Shown here one piece after another: positions 59,633 to 64,000 of a DNA stretch of 64,000 nucleotides. The DNA lies in contig JBEKCB010000015.1 of assembly GCA_050015075.1 (NCBI GenBank), positions 37,235 to 101,234 of the forward strand, read 5' to 3'. Within the stretch, counting starts at the first letter, position 1. Each line of letters starts with the position of its first letter. A model generated the notes under the pieces. The model was not told the origin of the DNA and did no database searches. It saw only the letters and a list, made by a program, of their open reading frames with translations. This DNA comes from Candidatus Brocadiia bacterium (GTDB lineage Bacteria; Planctomycetota; Brocadiia; CAIUPP01). A program made the translations under genes and the position numbers.

Positions 59633-60343
59633 ATGTTGCAAGGCAAAGTGGCGTTGGTGAGCGGCGCCGGCCGCGGGATCGGCCGGAGCATAGCGCTGCG
59701 GTTCGCCGCCGCGGGCGCGCGCGTGGCGGCGATTTCGAGGACGCGCGCCGAGCTCGAGGCCGTCGCCGCGGCGGCGCGGCCGGGGACCGTGGTGGCGATC
59801 GAGGCGGATGTCTCGCGCGCGGAGTCGGTGGCCGCGGCCGTGCGGACCGCGCTCGGACGGCTCGGCGAGATTGACATCCTGGTCAACAACGCCGCCCTTT
59901 TCCTCCACAAGCCGTTCGCGGAGACGACGGCGGAGGAATGGCAGCGGCTCTTCGAGGTGAACGTGCTCGGCGCGGCGGCGCTGACGCTCGAGGTGCTGCC
60001 GGGGATGCTGCGCCGCAACTCGGGCCGGGTGATCAACATCTGCTCGACGGCATCGCACCGGGGCTACGCCGCGCAGTCGGCGTATTGCGCCTCCAAGCAC
60101 GCGCTGCTCGGACTGACGAAGGTGCTGGCCGAGGAGACGCGCGGCACGGGCGTGCGCGTCCACGCCATCTCGCCCGGCGGCGTGAACACCGCGCTGGTGC
60201 GCGGGCGGAAGGACGTGGACGTTTCGGAATACATGGACCCGGACGAGGTGGCGGAGGTCGCCCTGTTCCTGGCCGGCGGCAGCGGCATCGCGACGATTGA
60301 CGAGGTCCGGCTAAGGCGGATCGGCGCGGAGCCGTTCAGGTGA
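59633..60343 (+). CDS. Short-chain dehydrogenase/reductase
   Basis: GAGRGIG, NNA, YCASK, PGGVNT. Confidence 0.93.
   Translation: MLQGKVALVSGAGRGIGRSIALRFAAAGARVAAISRTRAELEAVAAAARPGTVVAIEADVSRAESVAAAVRTALGRLGEIDILVNNAALFLHKPFAETTAEEWQRLFEVNVLGAAALTLEVLPGMLRRNSGRVINICSTASHRGYAAQSAYCASKHALLGLTKVLAEETRGTGVRVHAISPGGVNTALVRGRKDVDVSEYMDPDEVAEVALFLAGGSGIATIDEVRLRRIGAEPFR
60248..60343 (+). repeat. Direct repeat copy 1 (last 96 bp of the SDR gene)
   Basis: 93/96 identical to 60966-61061. Confidence 0.95.
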
Positions 60344-60398
60344 TCAGCGTCCAACGATTTTGCCCAGTCATCCTGCGATTGGCAATCGTTGACACCCG

Positions 60399-60875
60399 CT
60401 ATTGTCGCTGCTTCTTGCGGTACAAAACGATGATAACGCTGGCGAGAGAATGTATGGAGCTAAACTCGTCGAGCATGAGTGCAAGCGCCGTGTCGCGGCG
60501 CCGGCTTCCCGAGCCTGAACCGATGACTGGAAAGGCGACCGAGCGAAACCCGCGTTCGCTGACAATCTGCATTGCCGAACGCACCGACGCCCTTATCGCC
60601 TTGTCCGTGGCAAACCAGAGTAGATTGATGCCGGCGACATGTATGATTCCCTTGTATGAAAGCCGCCCAGCGGAAGTCAGGACCGCGCCGCCCAATGGGA
60701 TGGGGCCATGCTTGCTGAGTTCACGAAAGGGAACATAGCCAGCTTTCCGCTTAATCGCCGCTGAAACCCCCTGCGGGATGAGAAGCCACCACGGAATAAT
60801 GTTACGGTTCCAGGCGTTGACGATAACGTCAACGTTCTGGTCGAGCAGATCGCCTTCCACGATTGGCGGTTTCAT
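60399..60875 (-). CDS. Macro-domain (Appr-1-p / ADP-ribose binding) protein
   Basis: VEGDL, VIVNAWN, GVSAAI, GIIHVAG, SVAFPVIGSG; lower GC; own TTGACA-17-CAAAAT promoter-like sequence at about 60930-60958. Confidence 0.9.
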   Translation of the reverse strand: MKPPIVEGDLLDQNVDVIVNAWNRNIIPWWLLIPQGVSAAIKRKAGYVPFRELSKHGPIPLGGAVLTSAGRLSYKGIIHVAGINLLWFATDKAIRASVRSAMQIVSERGFRSVAFPVIGSGSGSRRRDTALALMLDEFSSIHSLASVIIVLYRKKQRQ

Positions 60876-60965
60876 CCGGAATTCCCCAGACGGCCGCCAC
60901 CCACATGACGGGCGGCCATCAAATATCGGATTTTGATAATCAGAATCCTGGTTGTCAAATTGTCA

Positions 60966-61061
60966 GTGGCGGAGGTCGCCCTGGTCCTGGCCGGTAGCAG
61001 CGGCATCGCGACGATTGACGAGGTCCGGCTAAGGCGGATCGGCGCGGAGCCGTTCAGGTGA
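60966..61061 (+). repeat. Direct repeat copy 2 (orphan SDR 3' end including TGA)
   Basis: Three substitutions relative to 60248-60343. Confidence 0.95.
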
Positions 61062-61070
61062 CGAGCGCTT

Positions 61071-61242
61071 TTCCACCACGAAGCACACGAACGCACTTTT
61101 CCACCACGACGACACAACGAGCACGACGGAATAACTGCCACAACATTCGTTCTCTTGATGTTCGTCGTGCCCGTGGCGCCGTCGTGGTTTACAATTGCTT
61201 ACGAAACGCTCAATAGTCCTTCTTCGTGCACTCCGTGGTGAA
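61071..61242. repeat. Nested periodic (about 9-bp unit) inverted repeats with CACCACG / CGTGGT ends
   Basis: Outer CACCACGAAGCACACGAA...CTTCGTGCACTCCGTGGTG; inner CACCACGACGACACAACGAGCACGACG...CGTCGTGCCCGTGGCGCCGTCGTGGT. Confidence 0.8.
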
Positions 61243-61254
61243 GGGCCGCGGCGC

Positions 61255-62613
61255 TCACGACGTGCGTTTCAGGTTCTCCTCGAGATCGAAGAGGAGTTCC
61301 CGCGGCACCTGGTATCGCGCGCGCGGGTCCTTGGAAAGGCCTCGGTCAATGATCTTCTGCGCGCCGGCGGGGATGTCCGCGACGAAATCCCTTAGCGGCT
61401 TCGGCGGCTGGTTCAGGATGCGCTGCTCCATCTTCTCGCGCGTGCTGCCGCCGAAGGGCGGACGGCCGCTGAGCAAGTGATAGAGCACCGCCACCACCGA
61501 GTAGACGTCGCCGGCGAAATTCGGCGACTCGACGTCGCGCACTCGCTCCGGCGCGGTGTAGGGCAGGGCGTGCCAGTTGTGGCTCGCAACGCTCGATCGG
61601 GGCGGCGGCGTCAGCGGCAGGCCGAACCCGGAGACTTTGACGCTGCCGCGCGGGCCGAGGAGTATCTTGCGCGGCGAGAGCGACCCGTGAAAGACGTGCC
61701 GTTCCGCCGCGTGTTCGAGCGCGTACACCACCTGCGAGATGATGCCGTGCGCTTCGGCCATCGGCACCGGCTCGCGGTCGGCCAGCCGCTCCTGCACGGA
61801 GAGGCCGTCCACGTATTCGCGCACGACGTAGGAGAGGTTCTCCTCCTGCCCGATGTCGAAGATGAGTACGATGTTCGAGTGCACGAGCTGCCCGCTGACG
61901 TACACGGCCTGGAGATACCGCTGGGTCCACTGCGCGTCGGGCACGTTGAGGACTTTGAGCGCGACGAGCCTTCCGATGGTAATCTGCTCGCCCTTGAACA
62001 GCGGGCCGAGGCGGCCTTCGCCGATCAGGCTGACCACGCGGACGCCGGCCAGTTCCTTGCCGGGCCGGAAACGTTCGAGCATCGCGGTCGGAAGCGGCTG
62101 GGGAGGCGGCGCTGTGCTCGTGGTCGGCTGGTCGAACGACACGGCGCAGTTGGAACAATAATGCCGCGCCCCGACGGTCCGGACGTTTCCGGAGGCGAGG
62201 TCCTGGAACGGGATAGCCCGGCCGCATTCCTCGCAACGCGTGGCGCCTTCGCCGGGTTCCTCTTCCGGCGGGGCCCGTTTCTCCGGTTTCGGCTTCGGAG
62301 CTTTGGCCTTGTCCGGCGTCAGTTCGATGAGGCGCAGGCGGTTGGTGCCGATGACGACCTCGTCGCCGGGGGCGAGGTCGGTCTCCGCGACGATGGGCTC
62401 TTCGCGGACGATGGTGCCGTTGGTGCTGTTGAGGTCGGTGATCTGGCATTGCCCGCCGATGACTTCGATCTGGCAGTGGATGCGCGAGAGTTTGCGGTCG
62501 TGGAGCCGGATGTCGTTGCAGGCGTCGCGGCCGATGGTGAAGGCGCGGTCTTCGGGGATCGGAAAACTCTCACCCTCTCGCTCGCCCGCCACCACTAGTA
62601 GAGTAAAAGGCAT
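61255..62613 (-). CDS. FHA + Zn-finger + Ser/Thr kinase-like domain (probable pseudokinase)
   Basis: FHA motifs GR, SRIH, STNGT; CEEC/CSNC; VALK and APE present, but HRD reads HGS and DFG reads GFG. Confidence 0.88.
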   Translation of the reverse strand: MPFTLLVVAGEREGESFPIPEDRAFTIGRDACNDIRLHDRKLSRIHCQIEVIGGQCQITDLNSTNGTIVREEPIVAETDLAPGDEVVIGTNRLRLIELTPDKAKAPKPKPEKRAPPEEEPGEGATRCEECGRAIPFQDLASGNVRTVGARHYCSNCAVSFDQPTTSTAPPPQPLPTAMLERFRPGKELAGVRVVSLIGEGRLGPLFKGEQITIGRLVALKVLNVPDAQWTQRYLQAVYVSGQLVHSNIVLIFDIGQEENLSYVVREYVDGLSVQERLADREPVPMAEAHGIISQVVYALEHAAERHVFHGSLSPRKILLGPRGSVKVSGFGLPLTPPPRSSVASHNWHALPYTAPERVRDVESPNFAGDVYSVVAVLYHLLSGRPPFGGSTREKMEQRILNQPPKPLRDFVADIPAGAQKIIDRGLSKDPRARYQVPRELLFDLEENLKRTS

Positions 62614-62703
62614 GGTCTCCTCAGTCCATGTCCCGGACCGGGCCTGATTATCCCGGACGATTCATACTCATTGTACCCGCTTTTTCGCGCCGTTCAAGAA
62701 AAA

Positions 62704-64000
62704 TCAGACATCCGCCGCGCAACGGAAGCCGGTGGCGCGGCTTCGGCCGTCGCGTTTCCGGAACTCCACGCGCCAGCCGCCGTTCGTCGCGCCCGGCTCT
62801 TCGTAGGAGACTCCGCACGCGGCCCGGTTATCCGGCCCGTCCGCTGAGGTCGGGCTGCTGTCCTGGCACCACTGGAGGACGTTGCCGATCATGTCGCAGC
62901 AGCCGTAAGGCGATATGCCGTTCGGGTAGCGTCCGGCCTCAGTCAGGCTGCCGATGCCGGATTCGCTGGTGTTGCAGTGCAGCGGGTTGAAATTTTTTCC
63001 CCACGGATACGGCCGGCCGTCGGCGCCGCGCGCGGCCTTCTGCCACTCGGCCGAGGTGGGCAGACGCTTGCCGGCCCACTGGGCATAGGCGCACGCCTCG
63101 TCCCAGGAGACGTCCACCACCGGGTATTTGTCGGCGCCCTCGGGGACGTTGCGCCCGCCCCAGTAGCTCGGGGCTGCCGCGCCGGTGGCGTGCATGAAAT
63201 CGAAGTACTTCCGGTTGGTCACGAGGTTGATGTCCATGTAGAAGGCCGGCAGCTCCAGTTTCTGCGGCGCCTGCGGCGGGCCGGAGATGAATTCGCCGCC
63301 GGGCACATAGGCCATTCCGGGCGGCGTGCCGAGCGCGTCGAGTTTGTCCAGGTACGCGGCGACGTTGCCGCCGAGCTTGGCAGCCTGGTGGAATTCCCGC
63401 CGCGCCTGATAGTAGCGGCGTTCGGCCAGCAGGATGATGCCGTATTTCATAAAGGTTTCGGGCTTCGCCTCGTCGAGGTTGCCGCTGCCGCGCAGCAGGC
63501 GGACGACGGCGTGCGGCGCGATGGCCTGCTCGGCGGCGACGTGGGCGATCAACGCGCGCACCTCTTTGAGCTGCTCGATGGCTTCCCGCTTCCGGCGGAT
63601 GCGTGCGGAGGTCATGGCGACTGCGGCGCGTTCCTTTTCGGTGAGCTTCGAGGGCGAAATGCCCAGGTCCATCGTGGCGGTCTTGGGCGGCTCGCCGCGC
63701 TTCAGGCGTTCGAGGTCTTCGGCGAGTTCGTCGGGCGTCTGGTAGCGCTCCTCCGGCTTCTTCATCATCATCTTGGCGATGATGTAGCAGATCGTGTCGC
63801 TCAGCGCCGGGTTGTGGTCCTTCGGCCAGGGGAGCGGCGCGTGGACGTGCTTCTCGAGAATCTCCGCGCGGGTCGGCGCGTCGAAGGCCGGGCAGCCGGC
63901 CAGCGCGCGGTAGAGCGTGGCGCCGAGCGAGTAGATATCGGACCGGCAGTCCACGTTCTGGTATCCCTGCGCCTGCTCCGGCGAAATGTAGTAGGGCGTG
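62704..64000 (-). CDS. Ser/Thr protein kinase with C-terminal FGE-sulfatase domain (5' truncated by window end)
   Basis: TPYYISPEQA, DIYSLG, ERYQ; PVVDVSW, KRLPTSAEW, YPWG, DMIGNV, GFRC. Confidence 0.92.
   Translation of the reverse strand, partial: TPYYISPEQAQGYQNVDCRSDIYSLGATLYRALAGCPAFDAPTRAEILEKHVHAPLPWPKDHNPALSDTICYIIAKMMMKKPEERYQTPDELAEDLERLKRGEPPKTATMDLGISPSKLTEKERAAVAMTSARIRRKREAIEQLKEVRALIAHVAAEQAIAPHAVVRLLRGSGNLDEAKPETFMKYGIILLAERRYYQARREFHQAAKLGGNVAAYLDKLDALGTPPGMAYVPGGEFISGPPQAPQKLELPAFYMDINLVTNRKYFDFMHATGAAAPSYWGGRNVPEGADKYPVVDVSWDEACAYAQWAGKRLPTSAEWQKAARGADGRPYPWGKNFNPLHCNTSESGIGSLTEAGRYPNGISPYGCCDMIGNVLQWCQDSSPTSADGPDNRAACGVSYEEPGATNGGWRVEFRKRDGRSRATGFRCAADV

Noticed and set aside
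60953-60965. TGTCAAATTGTCA resembling the groEL upstream palindrome
   Set aside because: It is a single imperfect copy that overlaps a TTGACA -35 box, with no adjacent sigma54 site.
60248-61061. 96-bp repeat pair as a diversity-generating retroelement TR/VR
   Set aside because: The three mismatches (T/G, C/T, G/A) are not adenine-specific, and there is no reverse transcriptase in the window.

Overview
High-GC bacterial chromosomal window. It is probably from an anaerobic Planctomycetota-like organism, inferred from the groEL-groES-groEL arrangement, FHA/Ser-Thr kinase and kinase-FGE genes, and a Zn-ribbon membrane protein. In order it holds: the 3' end of a PmtA-like methyltransferase; a lower-GC lipoprotein; groEL-groES-groEL behind a sigma54-type promoter; a large [FeFe]-hydrogenase operon (DRTGG, RsbT-kinase/Fe-S fusion, DRTGG, PHP, HATPase, NuoE-like, 2Fe-2S, NuoF-GltD fusion, HydA); a receptor-less CheB/CheR-PAS + sensor kinase + NarL module followed by dksA-like and ferredoxin genes; then mostly housekeeping and envelope genes (rluA, fucI-like, MFS, gmd, tkt, amrS, glycosyltransferases, osmC, truA, rnhB-like, kbl, tdh, purN, purE, pyrC, ABC, lptF/G, SDR, kinases). 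No rRNA, tRNA, CRISPR array, integrase or transposase was seen. The three most unusual signals are: (i) single lower-GC cargo genes sitting exactly at stop codons between direct repeats, namely a macro-domain gene between 96-bp copies of an SDR 3' end and a beta-propeller gene between 12-bp copies of a GTGA-coupled junction; (ii) a dispersed family of periodic (7-10 bp unit) inverted-repeat elements, some nested, several sharing ACCRC...GYGGT ends; (iii) a hydrogenase beta subunit whose C-terminal ferredoxin domain is replaced by an NADP-type GltD/NfnL domain. All calls come from reading the sequence and motifs by eye. No database searches were run.
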